Assembly (NCBI RefSeq): GCF_006345805.1
Contig: NW_021833427.1
Coordinates: 1 to 64,000, forward strand
Length of the DNA stretch: 64,000 bases
Reading direction: 5' to 3'
DNA from: Octopus sinensis
Lineage: Eukaryota
Part shown: positions 13,189-25,974 of the stretch, piece by piece
Position numbering within the stretch: the stretch's first letter is position 1
How the letters are laid out: every line of letters starts with the position of its first letter
The notes under the pieces: generated by a model
Told to the model about the DNA's origin: nothing
The model's database searches: none
Seen by the model: only the letters and a program-made list of their open reading frames with translations
Translations under genes and position numbers: made by a program

Positions 13189-13827
13189 GTTTAATGAAAT
13201 ACACCAACAATGATTACGCCATAACACATAAAACCACATCCACACCATCAAAGCAACTCCTGGTTGCACTGGTTACTCTCTTTCGAACCCCTTTCATTCC
13301 TATTCTTTCAGACTTGCAATTACAACGAGTCTCAACACAGAAATGCGTTGCGTTGCGTTCAGTCCTAGACAAAAGTTCGCAATATTTAATTCAATTAACA
13401 AATAAATATCACAAAAATGAAATAATGAATAAAAGAAACGAAGAAAGGCGAGCCTAATAATGCGGTTCACCACAGTTCTGGTCTGACTGTAATCTCCTAC
13501 GCATTTTAACTGCTTCGCTGAATTCAAATATGATACAATTACCGCAAGATTTTTAATGATTCAGCGTTCTGTTCGAGCTTTGAAGTCGTCACAACAATAT
13601 GGAGGTCTTCACTTTGAAAGACAAACTTTGCTTTATTCGAATATTTTTACGTTGCCATTGTGGCAAAAAAAAAAAGAAAGAAAAAAAGGAAAAGCAGTCT
13701 TCACCGGAGACATGCTTCGAAACGGATTCCGGCTGGCAGGATGGCTCAGTGAATTTAAACGTATACATATATTTATGTGTGTGTGTATGTGTGTGTGTGT
13801 GTGTGTGTGTGTACGTACGTATCTATG

Positions 13828-13872
<45 letters not shown>

Positions 13873-14108
13873 ATGTGTGCATGTGTACAAGTGTATGCGT
13901 GTGTGTGTATGTGTATGTATGTAAACATATATATATATATATATATATATGCATGTATATGTATGTTATCTACATGTATATATGTATATATCTATCAATT
14001 TTCTGTTCAATTACTTCATGTGAATATATGTGTGTCTACGCATATACACATACTTATATATAAACGCATATGTGCAAACATACATATGTGTGTGTGTGTG
14101 TGTGTATG

Positions 14109-14142
<34 letters not shown>

Positions 14143-14479
14143 TGTATGTATGTATGTATGTATGTATGTATGCAAGCATGCGTGTGAATATGACTGGCAA
14201 GTGTCCTGCTCTGAAACAGTTCTACCATAGTCGAGTCACTTATATTCATTGACTGCAGAGGTGGGTTAGGACAACTGTCGAGCTGATGACGCCTCTTGAG
14301 GTAGAAACATGTCTCTGTGACTGTCCTTTTATTTCCAGACACTAAGTTTATCCTTTTCCTGAATGGCAAGTCGAGTTTTGAGATTTGTTAAGTCTTGGGA
14401 TTATCTCTCCTTCTCAAGTTGAGCTGGGTGGAATTAATTGTCATTTGGTAGTAACGATATATATCCCCTAGAGATAGGT

Positions 14480-14578
14480 TATAGTGGAAGACACTTGCCC
14501 AAGGTGCCACGCAGTGAGACTGAACCCGGAGCCATGTGATTGAAAAACAAACTCTTTACCACACAACCACGCCTGCGC
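14480..14578 (-). mobile_element. SINE-A head fragment
   Basis: GAAGACACTTGCCCAAGGTGCCACGCAGTGAGACTGAACCCGG. Confidence 0.8.
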
Positions 14579-15851
14579 ACACGCACACACACACACATGC
14601 ATATACACAAGCGTGTGTGCACTCACAGGACATTTTCATATGACGCCGCCAGAAAATGTTACGGCAGAAATTGTTTTCACCTCAATAGACGTCATTGATT
14701 GGTTGAAATTGCCGAAATGCAAAATATTAAACAACAAATATCTTACAAACTACAGGATTTTCTCAAGAAAGCCAAGAGAAAAAGATGTTTTATAAACACA
14801 TTCTACCAGTATACGAAGTTTAAAATTTTTTAGTTGCATAGAAAATATTTTAAAAATCTGCCCGTCAAAGATCCCACATACAGGCGGTACTCCAGCATGG
14901 CCGCAGTTAAATGACTGAAACAAGTAAAAGAGTAAAAGAATATACAAAAACACACACAGACACAAACGAGAGAAGAGTGCCCTCAACACATATTGTGGAG
15001 GACGGCTTATAGTATTGTTGTGGTATGTCTCTCGTGTTGTGTTGTTTGTGCTGTGTTGTTAAGCACGTTGTGCTTGTGTTGTGCGTCATGGTGTTCCGGC
15101 GTGTCGCCATGTTGTGTCGTCTGCACTGGTATGTCGTAATGTCCGCCGTAGTCTGCGCGGTCGTGTTACTCCATAACTCTGACAATAAAATGCTGGTTAT
15201 GTTTTATGGAGCGTGACATTACTTATCTCTCTCGCTCTAAACAATCGTGAACTACTCCGTTCCGCTCCACTGCATCTCTTCCACCCACTTCTCTTCTTCA
15301 CTCTCTCTTTCTCTCTTTCCCTCTTTCGCACCCCCCTCCCCTTCTTTCAATTTTGTTGCATGTTTTATATATTTTGTTGTTTTCTTTTTGATCAACTTCC
15401 GGTGAGAAGAAAAGGAGAAGGGGGATGAGAAGGGAAGTATTTTTATTCTTGCTTAGATTGTTTTTGTTTTATATGACTTTCTCCTCTGGTCCCTGGACCC
15501 TGGACCCTGGTCCCCAATCTACCCCTATAAGTGTGTGTGTGTGGGGGGGTGTATGCATCCACACTCGTGTGTAAATACATAGATGCGTACACATATACAT
15601 ACCCTTTTACTCTTTTACTTGTTTCAGTCATTTGACTGCGGCCATGCTGGAGCACCGCCTTTAGTCGAACAAATCGATCCCAGGACTTATTCTGATACAG
15701 AAATACGTACGTACATACGTACATACATACATACACATACATACATACATACATAGGTACGTTTTGCGTAAACTTATTAGTCCAAAACCTAATGCCCCTA
15801 GGTACGAATGAGGATTCATAGCCACGGATTTATCTATGTATATTTATGTAT

Positions 15852-16268
15852 AGGAGTGGCTGTGTGATATGTAGCTTGCTTGCAAATCACATGGTTCCGG
15901 GTTCAGTCCCATTGCGTGGCACCTTGGGCAAGTGTCTTCTGCTATAACCTCGGGCCGACCAAAGCCTTGTGAGCGGATTTGGTAGACGGAAACTGAAATA
16001 AGCCTGTCGTATATATATATATATGTGTGTGTGTGTGTGCGTGTGTGTGTGTGTGTGTGTTCGTGTGTCTGTGTTTGTTCCCCCCACCATCACTTGACAA
16101 CCGATGTTAGTGTGTTTACGTCCCCGTAACTTAGCGGTTCGGCAAAAGAGACCGATAGAATAAATACTGGGCTACCAAAGAATAAGTCCTGGTGGAGTCG
16201 ATTTGTTCGACTAAAGGCGGTGCTCCAGCATGGCCGCAGTCAAATGACTGAAACAGGTAAAAGAGTAA
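15852..16268 (+). mobile_element. SINE family A, near full-length
   Basis: Head AGGAGTGGCTGTGTG, GGGTTCAGTCC, internal TA/TG microsatellite, tail AAACAGGTAAAAGAG. Confidence 0.87.
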
Positions 16269-16321
16269 AGCGTATAATCATGATATACATGCGTATATTA
16301 TGATATGTGTATAATACATGA

Positions 16322-16665
16322 TATACACCCATTTGAAAGTATATATAAATATAATTCATCTTGGGTGTAGCTAAATACACATTATATACAACCATTTTAG
16401 CGTGTATAATTCAACAATCAACACGGAGTGAATTTAAATATATATTATATACACTGATTTGAGAGTATATAAAACTATAATTAATCCGAGGAGAAGCTAA
16501 ATGTGTATTTTATACACTCACTCAAGGGTATATAAAGTTATAATTGATCTGGATTGCAATTAAATATGCATTTTATACACTCATTTGTGAGTATATAAAG
16601 CTGTAATGAGTTCGGTAAAGCCATATATACATTATACACTCTCATTCGTGAGTGTATATAAAGCA
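16322..16665. repeat. Diverged 63-bp tandem repeat (~6 units), each with a short hairpin
   Basis: TATACA(C) anchors at 16322, 16385, 16448, 16511, 16574 and 16633. Confidence 0.75.
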
Positions 16666-16765
16666 GTGAGGCATTTATGTTAAATAGGTCAGGTTTAAGC
16701 AGTAATCAGATTCTGAAGAAATAAACTTCTTCGGTGGAAGAGGTCGCTGTCTGCAATGACTTATT

Positions 16766-16803
<38 letters not shown>

Positions 16804-16881
16804 ACTGTATGTGTGTGTATATATATGTATTTGTGTGTGCGTGTGTCTGTCTATACGTGTATGTGTGTGAGTGTGTGACTG

Positions 16882-16940
<59 letters not shown>

Positions 16941-17193
16941 ATATGTATATGTGTGTATGTCTGTCTGTCTATACGTGTATGTGTGTGTGACTGTATGTGT
17001 GTGTATATATGTATATGTGCGTATGTCTGTCTCTCTATACGTGTATATGTGTGAGAGTGTAACTATGTGTGTGTATATATATGTATATGTGTGTGTGTAT
17101 CTATCTGTCTGGCTGTCTGTGTGTGAGTCTGTGTACGTATGTGTATATGGGTGTAGTAAGGTATGTGTGTCTGTGTGAATGTATGTGTATTTA

Positions 17194-17251
<58 letters not shown>

Positions 17252-17653
17252 GCTGTCTCTGCATCAAACATTTAGATTCCTGAATATTCTGAGACGAAAT
17301 CTTGTGTCAGTTGTATTATCATAACGGAATCGATCAAATAGAATACCAGTAATACACTTGGGTCGAATTCATCAATTGTGACCTCTTGGTGGTCTTGTAT
17401 CATTATCAACCGGATCGGCCACACCGTTTTACGCCGGTGAACCATTATATAAAGCACAGAATGTGGTGCCTTCGAATTCCCCCCTACTTTTGTGTATTTT
17501 TGTCTTTTGAAGGGGACGAAGGGGACGAAGGGGTCAGCAGGTAGGATTTGGTTGCGGTTCCTGTCTTTTATTGGCCCCTTATTTTGTCTACAAACACAAT
17601 CCACACATCAACACAATTCTCTAAACCTCCATAAACATCTCTCTAATACGACG

Positions 17654-17685
<32 letters not shown>

Positions 17686-18212
17686 GGTGGTGGTGGCGGT
17701 GGTGATGATGGTGGTGGTGATGATGATGGTGGCGGTGGTGGTGGTGGTGGTGGTGGTGGTGGTGGTGGCGGTGGTGGTGGCGGCGGTGGTGGTGGTGGTG
17801 GTGGTGGTGGCGGCGGTGGTGGTGGTGGTGGTAGTGATGGTGGTGATGATGGTGGTGGTGATGATGGTGGTGGTGATGATGGTGGTGGTGGTAGTGATGG
17901 TGGTGATGATGGTGGTGGTGGTGACGGTGGTGGTGGTGGTGGTGGTAGTGGTGGTGGTGGTGGTGGTAGTGGTGGTGGTGGTGGTAGTGGTGGTGGTGGT
18001 GGTGGTGGTGATGATGGTGGTGGTGGTGGTGGTGGTGATGGTGGTGGTGGTGACGGTGGTGGTGGTGGTGGTGGTGGTGGTGGTGGTAGTGGGGTGGTGG
18101 TGATGATGGTGGTGGTGGTGGTGGTGGTGGTGATGATGGTGGTGGTGGTGGTGGTGATGGTGGTGACGGTGGTGGTGGTGGTGGTGGTGGTATTAGTGGT
18201 GGTGGTGACGGT
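17654..18212. repeat. (GGT)n trinucleotide array
   Basis: Direct reading. Confidence 0.95.
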
Positions 18213-18689
18213 GGCATCATGGTCGTTGTTCTGTTGATGAGTAAGTGGGTGGGCAGGGATGTTGTGGCGAAGATTTAAAAACAACGAAATGACGAAAAAA
18301 AAGTAACAGACAAAAGTAAAAAAAAAGTCAAAAAAAAGAAAAAAAAAAGAAAAATGGAAAAAAATGTTTTTTTGTCTTTTTCAATGCAAAACAGTTTTGC
18401 TTTCTTTTTTTTTTCAATTGTTTCTTTCAAAATGAGATGAAGGGAGCCATGGTTGTTACTGATCAATGAGACATTGAAATATCGAACTGGCGAAGTGATT
18501 GATTTATTCCACATCACTAATACTACAGAGTTTGATCACGTGATCTCTACCATTTAATTATTTGTTCTTATTAAGCGGAGAATGGCGGGTGGGGTGGGGC
18601 GGGGTGTCAGGTGGGGGGGCTTGTCTCGGGTTAAACAGCAATTAATACCGATGTCTGACATAGACCTGGAAGGTTGGTGGGTGGAGTTG

Positions 18690-18830
18690 GTTAAATCGAC
18701 CCCCCAGGGACGGCGGGGAAAGACGAAGTCGACAAGAGTGGGATTTGAACTCAGAACATAAAGATACGTAACAAAATACAGCACAATACAATTCGCCCGA
18801 TGCTCTACCAATTCTGAGAGCCATTTTAGC
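18690..18830 (-). mobile_element. SINE-B variant, diverged
   Basis: AAGTCGAC..GGATTTGAACTCAGAAC homology to family B. Confidence 0.65.
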
Positions 18831-18851
18831 CGTGACCATCAAGTATGGCCT

Positions 18852-18891
<40 letters not shown>

Positions 18892-18925
18892 TAGTAGTAG
18901 CAGCAGCAGCAGCAGCAGCAGTAGC

Positions 18926-18975
<50 letters not shown>

Positions 18976-19145
18976 CACAGCAGCAGTAGTAGTAGTTGTA
19001 CATGTGTGTGTGTATGTGTGTGTTTATGTGTGTGTATGTGTGCGTGTGTATTTATGCTCCTACATAAAGATCTCGATGTTTGATAAACAAATATTTAGCT
19101 TTGCTGTACGAAGGAGATCCGGTCTTTCTATAGAAGAAAGCGAAG

Positions 19146-19360
19146 CACCTGTAGACTACCGCTCACCTGTATAGCATCTCACACCTGTGTACCACATCAG
19201 GACACCTGTACAACAATAGGCAACCACACCGGCTGCAATCGCATACCTGTATAGCAACACACATCGCACGTCATCATAAACCTGTACAGCATCTCGCACC
19301 TGTGCAATACCAACACACCTGTACACCATCTCACACCTGCCCGTCATTGTACACCTGTGC
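19146..19360. repeat. Degenerate ~18-bp minisatellite built on CACCTG(T)
   Basis: Exact CACCTG at 19146, 19164, 19182, 19203, 19297, 19316, 19334 and 19352. Confidence 0.75.
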
Positions 19361-19639
19361 TCTAAGACACTGGTCATATCTCCATACCGTTGCAGTGTGC
19401 TATACTGTACATACATACTGTACAGCATCACACACACACACACACAGAGAAACATATCACCACACACTCACACACACACACACAGAAACATATCACCACA
19501 CACTCGCACACACACACATCACCACACACACGCATACACACACACACTCACACACATACATACTGTTACACCAACGCACATATATATACGAGTATATATC
19601 ATCTCACACACACGCACACACACACACACGCACACACAC

Positions 19640-19691
<52 letters not shown>

Positions 19692-20009
19692 GCATATATC
19701 CATATATATACACGGCTTCATACCCGTCTCCTTATCTGGCATTTCAGGTAACCCATTACAACCACAACTTCCACCTTCTCGTCGGCGGTGTTTGTTTTCA
19801 TTTCCCTCCATCACACTCCTTTCGATCTCTCTTCGTTCCCTTTCATCTGTTATCGTTCGCCCTCCCACCCACCACCCACCACCACCGACATTTCATTTCA
19901 TCGTAAATATAAGCAGGAACAACTCAAACAAAAGCTGCTTCTTTTATCCTTTCACTTCTTCATCTCTTCCTTTCGTCTTTACAACTTTTCACAACTTTTG
20001 CTTCTCTTT

Positions 20010-20230
20010 TCATCTTTTCTCTCCTTCTTCTTCTTCTTCTCCTCCTCCTCCTTCTTGTTCTTCTTCTTCTTTTTGTTCCTCTTCTTGTTCTCCTTCTTCT
20101 TTTCCTTCTTCTTGTTCTTCTTCTCCTTCTTCTTCTTCTTTTTCTTCTTCTTCTTTTCCTTCTTCTTCTTCTTTTCCTCCTCCTCCGCCTTCATCTTCAT
20201 CCTCGTCCCCTCCTCTTCCTCCTCATCTCC
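20010..20230. repeat. (CTT)n/(CCT)n array
   Basis: Direct reading. Confidence 0.9.
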
Positions 20231-20418
20231 TCCCCTTATCTTACTCTTCCTTGTCTTTTAACAAAACGAATTAACAGAACAAACTAGGAATTTCGTAACA
20301 GCTGTTATCACAATGTGCTTTGCATCATTTTAGCCTCTGAAAAACGCCGCCATACTGGCTTCGCGAGCAGGTCAACATTCGCGCGCGTGTGCATGCGCGC
20401 ACACACACACACACATAT

Positions 20419-20519
<101 letters not shown>

Positions 20520-20599
20520 TATATATATATATATATATATATATACATGTTCAAACCGTTAATCTCTATACACATTTTTAATCTCCGTTTATTTTCTCT

Positions 20600-20730
20600 G
20601 TTAGTCCTTTCAGCTGAAGAGCGTAGGCTCGAAATGTCAATGACTTTTCCTTTCTTCCTGAACGTTAAACTAATACATTATTGTTCCTTCACTTGTCTAT
20701 GTCTTTTGTTTACTGTAAATTTGAACTACA
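20600..20730 (+). mobile_element. PLE-derived module
   Basis: GCTGAAGAGC-GTAG-GCTCGAAATGTCA at ~20613-20639; related to 42480-42700. Confidence 0.55.
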
Positions 20731-21146
20731 CAAACACACACACAAAAAAAAAAAAAACTAAAGTTATGTAGAAAACTGACACTAAAACTGAACGAACGTT
20801 TCAATTAGTCACGGCCAAACTGCGGCCAAACGAAAAACTACCTTAAATTATTTTTTAGCAGTGCGGCCTGTTTGATGATGAACCACCTCCTAAGCGGCCT
20901 ATGTATTTAGTATGCCTACGCCTCGTTTAGATGTTGATGCGATAGGATGAAATGAAGGCCAGATAAAAGGGTGTTGAACGTCTGACAATAACAAAATTAT
21001 TCTTGGATAGAACGATTAAGAACGGAACAAATATCGTAGAACATTCAAAGACAAATGGAGAAAGATCTTCAACTCCAGATTCTCGCTCCAACATTTATCC
21101 AGTTATTCTTAACCATCAATTTTTATTTCTCGTTTAACACTGTTTT

Positions 21147-21203
<57 letters not shown>

Positions 21204-22194
21204 TCTCTCGTCTCCATCTTTCTCCTTCTCCTTCTTCTCCTCCTTTTCCTTCTTTATCGATTAAAATCTATATTTACCTGGATATACAGAGTTAACCATT
21301 AAACATAAGTTCATCCATTCTCCGGTAATAATTTGTCACTGACTGGACTCATCCTCACGCACACCCGCCTCTCTTTCGCTTTCATTGTCTGACGTGGACG
21401 GATACACAACACACACACACACATACACATACATACACACACATACATACACACACACATACACACACATACATACACATACACACACAGACACACTTAC
21501 ACACAAATACTCTCCCGCTCTCTCTACCACTCTCTCTCTCTCACTCTCCCACTCTTTCTCCCACACTCTCTCTCTCTCTTTGTTTCTTTCACTGTATATG
21601 TATATAGGTATATATGAGTGTGTATATATATATATATATGTATGTATGTATATAGGTATGTGTGTGTGTGTGTATATATATATATTTACATAGATACACA
21701 TACACACACACACACACAGACATATATATATATATATATATATTTATATATGTATATATATATATATATATATATACATATACACACACATACAAACATA
21801 CATACATTTGTTTCTATAGATAGATGAGTTGACAGAAAAAGAAAGAGAGAGAGAGAGAGAGGTCTGGTCACGAGGCTATGCAGACTCGCCGATATAACAT
21901 TAGTAAAAAGACTTTTAAAAAAAAAACACCTTCTCCAACAACAACAACTACAATAACAACAACAACAGCAACAGGCCCACTGCCACCAATTGCATAATGA
22001 CATCAGCAACAATGAACAGCAAAACAGCAACAACAACAACAACAGTTAAGACATCAGGAAGAAGAAACGATTTAATCAATCAAAACAGCAAATGGAAGCC
22101 GAGAGCAATGGCGGCAGTAAATTGGAAGTAACGTAGATCGATAGTGGATTGTTGTAGGTCAGGGGAGAGGGCCATGGGGTGAATGTGTGTAATG

Positions 22195-22274
22195 GTAGAT
22201 AGACAGACAAATAGATGGATAGATAGATAGACAGACAGATAGACAGACATAGATAGATAGATAGATAGATAGAC

Positions 22275-22349
<75 letters not shown>

Positions 22350-22460
22350 GAGGTAGATAGATAGACAGACAGACAGGTGGGTAGGTAGGTAGGTAGGTAG
22401 GTAGATAGATAGATGGATGGATGGATGGATGGATGAATGGATGGATGGATGGATGGATGG
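22195..22460. repeat. (GATA)n/(GACA)n/(GGTA)n/(GGAT)n tetranucleotide gradient
   Basis: Direct reading. Confidence 0.9.
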
Positions 22461-22769
22461 GTGTGCCTATGTATTTAGTATGCATTTGTAAAAGATATAT
22501 TTTATACACACATACGCTCAGCCACAGTCACGCATACACAATACACACACGTACGCACACAATACACACACACACGCACACAATACACACACACATACAC
22601 AATTCACACATACACACACATATATGTATACACATATACATATAGACATATCCATATATATACATATACATTTATAAACTCTATTATTCACACACACACA
22701 CATACATACATACATACACACATATATACACACATATATGCATATATATATACACACGCTATCGGATGG

Positions 22770-22930
22770 TCATTGGCTTTAATGTGTTCCTTCGCCGCCC
22801 TTTGACGGGTTTCGTTTTCCTTTCTGCAGCATGGTCCAAAATCTCTGTCAGCTTGACTTTGGGAGGTCATCGGCGACGACAACCCAACCATGCCACAGGA
22901 TGCACTGGATTACATGCCTGACCATCTCCT
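22770..22930 (-). pseudogene. Highly decayed RTE-like LINE ORF C-terminal fragment
   Basis: Minus translation WLGCRRR*PPKVKLTEILDHAAERKTKPVKGRRRNT loosely resembles RTE WLGHV..EIL..GKRKRGRPR. Confidence 0.3.
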
Positions 22931-23230
22931 TTAACTAGGCAGTCCAACTGTCTGCCCACACTGTATCCAAGGAAACTTCCCACGTGTTGAACTCGAACTC
23001 TCATCTCGTTTTCTTCGTTGTGAGTGTTTTAGTGAAAGAAAAAGAAAGAGATAAAGGAAAGCGACAGAAAGGAAGAAAGAATGAAAGACAGTGGTAGAGA
23101 GTGGACGGAACCTCAGAGTGGACAGAACTCTTGTGGACAGCTCTACTTATTTGTAATTATTACGTAATTGTCACCGGAAGTCATATAGTGTCTGGAACAC
23201 CGGAAGTCAAGGCTGTAGCTGATTCACTAG

Positions 23231-23605
23231 GTGGCGCAGTGGCCCAGTGGTTAGGGCAGCGGACTCGCGGTTGTAGGATCACGGTTTCGATTCCCAGACT
23301 GGGCGTTGTGAGTGTTTATTGAGCGAAAACACCTAAAAGCTCCACGAGGCTCCGGCAGGGATGGTGGTGATCCCTGCTGTACTCTTTCACCACAACTTTC
23401 TCTCACTCTTTCTTCTCGTTTCTGTTGTACCTGTATATCAAAGGGACCAGCCTTGTCACACTCTGTGTCACGCTTGATCTCCCCTACGTTAAGAGTACAC
23501 GTGTCTGTGGAGTGTTCAGCCACTTGCACGTTAATTTCATGAGCAGGCTGTTCCGTTGATTGGATCAACTGGAACCCTCGTCGTCGTAACCGGCGGAGTG
23601 CCACG
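23231..23605 (+). mobile_element. SINE family C1, full-length, 14-bp TSD
   Basis: A box TGGCCCAGTGG, B-box-like GGTTTCGATTCC; exact TSD AGCTGATTCACTAG at 23217-23230 and 23606-23619. Confidence 0.9.
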
Positions 23606-23659
23606 AGCTGATTCACTAGAAATGTCGGTAGGAATTGAGTCTCCATTTACTTCATACGA

Positions 23660-23915
23660 AATATATGTATACACTGTAATATATACACCGAAATATATAC
23701 ATACTAAAATATATATACATACTAAAATATATATACACTGAAATATATACATACTGAAATTTATATACACTGTAATATATACACTGAAATACATACATAA
23801 CATACTAAAATATATATACACTGTAATATATACATGCTAAAATATATACATATACTGTAATATATACACGGAAATATATACATACTAAAATATATATACA
23901 CTGAAATATATAGAC
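23660..23915. repeat. AT-rich ~14-17 bp minisatellite (AAATATATAC[AT]ACT[G/A])
   Basis: Direct reading. Confidence 0.85.
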
Positions 23916-24524
23916 TAAAGTGTCATTTCCACAGATAATCAGTACCTTAGGGTGACAGGAAGTTAAAAGAGATACAGGAAGTCATAGTAGTAATAATGTG
24001 ACGACAGGAAGTAGATGTCGTTAAAGTCTACCAAGCCATTGACGGACCAAATATTTTTGATTTTTATAAAATTTCAATTGAAGAGACCCGTCTGACAGTT
24101 GATTTTATTCGGTGTTTATCTTTCTCTCGAAAACTTCCCAAACGCTCTCAGCTTCGCAGTTTATTCTGCCACTGTAACCATTATTTGTTGCTAGTCTGTC
24201 AGAACAACTCGATACCAGGGTTTCATGACAGAGAATAAACAATGGAGAGATGGACCGAATGCGCGATAGAATCTTGTTGTGTGAAACAATGACCGGAAAC
24301 TGTAACAGTTAATAGACAAAACAAATGGCTTTTCGCAGACTTTCCCGCTAGAAACCGGGACCTCGCTAGTCTAAACACAACGATCTTCATTGACTTGACA
24401 TTATTATAAACAAAATATAGAATCATATTTTCTTTTTTGGTTCCAAGTTCAATTTTCTGAGGAAATATTTCTTTTATCTGCATGTGTGTGTGTGTGTGCG
24501 TTTGGTTTCATTTTTCTCTCTTTC

Positions 24525-24913
24525 TCTTTACTCTTTTTACTTGTTTCAGTCATTTTGACTGCGGCCATGCTGGAGCACCGCCTTTAATCGAGCAACTCGA
24601 CCCCGGGACTTATTCTTTGTAAGCCCAGTACTTATTCTATCGGTCTCTTTCGCCGAACCGCTAAGTGACGGGGACATAAACACACCAGCATCGGTTGTCA
24701 AGCAATGCTAGGGGGACAAACACAGACACACAAACATACACGCACATTCATATCTATGTACATATACGACGGGCTTCTTTCAGTTTCCGTCTACCAAATC
24801 CACTCACAAGGCTTTGTTTGGCCCGAGGCTATAGTAGAAGACACTTGCCCAAGGTGCCATGCAGTGGGACTGAACCCGAAACCATGTGGTTGGTAAACAA
24901 GCTACTTACCACA
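24525..24913 (-). mobile_element. SINE family A
   Basis: Homology to 2885-3339; head slightly truncated. Confidence 0.87.
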
Positions 24914-25329
24914 CCGGTGATATCATGTAGCTTGTTCATGAAGTATACATCTGTTTCCGATGAAAAATTGTTCTAAAGAAAGAAATACAACAAAGTGACA
25001 AGAGAGGAGAAGAATCGATCCCAGAACTGGAACATTGATTTATCTATCGACTCTGAAATAATCGAAGCGTGTTGGATCACAATGAGATTTTAACCAAGAA
25101 GTCTGGAACAAATGCTGCAACGCATTCCAACGATTCAGACAGCAGGTACACTGAGAAGAAATGACGGCGATTGCAGGTGGGTGTTCACACCTGGTTTGCA
25201 GTAGTTATAGTGAAACTTACTGTTTGGCTTTTTTTAGAACAGGATGAGTATCACAGCATCTCTTTACCATTCTCTGTAAATCTGAATCTTTGAATTTTGC
25301 AAAAATTTAGCAAAAAGAGAAATGTGAAA

Positions 25330-25628
25330 GTACAGTTCTATATTTAAGAGATGAGGAATTATGTACATTATTTACATTATTTACATTTGATGGATATTTG
25401 TCCTCATCTTGTTTGTTGTTAACACAATGTTTTGGCTGATATACCCTCCAGCCTTCTTCAAGTGTCTTGGGGAAATTTCGAGCCTGGGTTCTCATTCCTA
25501 TCGTATTTTTCGATATTATTATTATTATTATTATTATTATTGTTATTATCATTCGGGTCACTGCCTGGAATCGAACACGGAATCTTGGGGTTAGAAGCCC
25601 GCGCTCTTAACCACTACGTCGTATGCCC
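25330..25628 (-). mobile_element. tRNA-headed SINE-like element with (ATA)n linker and PLE/hammerhead-like 3' body
   Basis: Minus: GGGCATACGACGTAGTGGTTAAGAGC..GTTCGATTCC head, (ATA)n, then TTGAAGAA-GGCTG-GAGGGTATAT-CAGCC-AAAACATT at 25461->25426. Confidence 0.6.
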
Positions 25629-25974
25629 GTGAGCATATGGAAGTACATATATTTCAAAAGTTTAATTTAAATCACCGCAGTGATTACACTGGGCAGGGAT
25701 TACCAGCCACGCCCTTCAATAAGTTGGTGTTTTAACTCTGCCCATTCGTCCAGAGACGGAATGATCTTTGGATGTTTCTCCCTGGACCCCTTTCCAAATT
25801 CCCTCGATGGGTAAGGAGTAAAATTAGTGTATTTTCTACTGAAATACCTGTTGTACCCCCATCAATTGACCACCGGCACACATGACACAAGATGAATTGT
25901 TTTAGGGTGGGAAATAAGAATAGCGCCGGGAGATTAACTCGGTTAATATTCAGGTATGGAATTTGAGAGTCTGG

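Noticed and set aside
21860-22140. Q/N-rich coding-like stretch
   Set aside because: Stops in all frames; explained by (CAA)n-derived low complexity.
23231-23310. tRNA-like sequences here and at 25555-25628, 52370-52441 and 55995-56070 as tRNA genes
   Set aside because: No complete cloverleaf or terminator; they continue into repeat bodies, so they are SINE heads.
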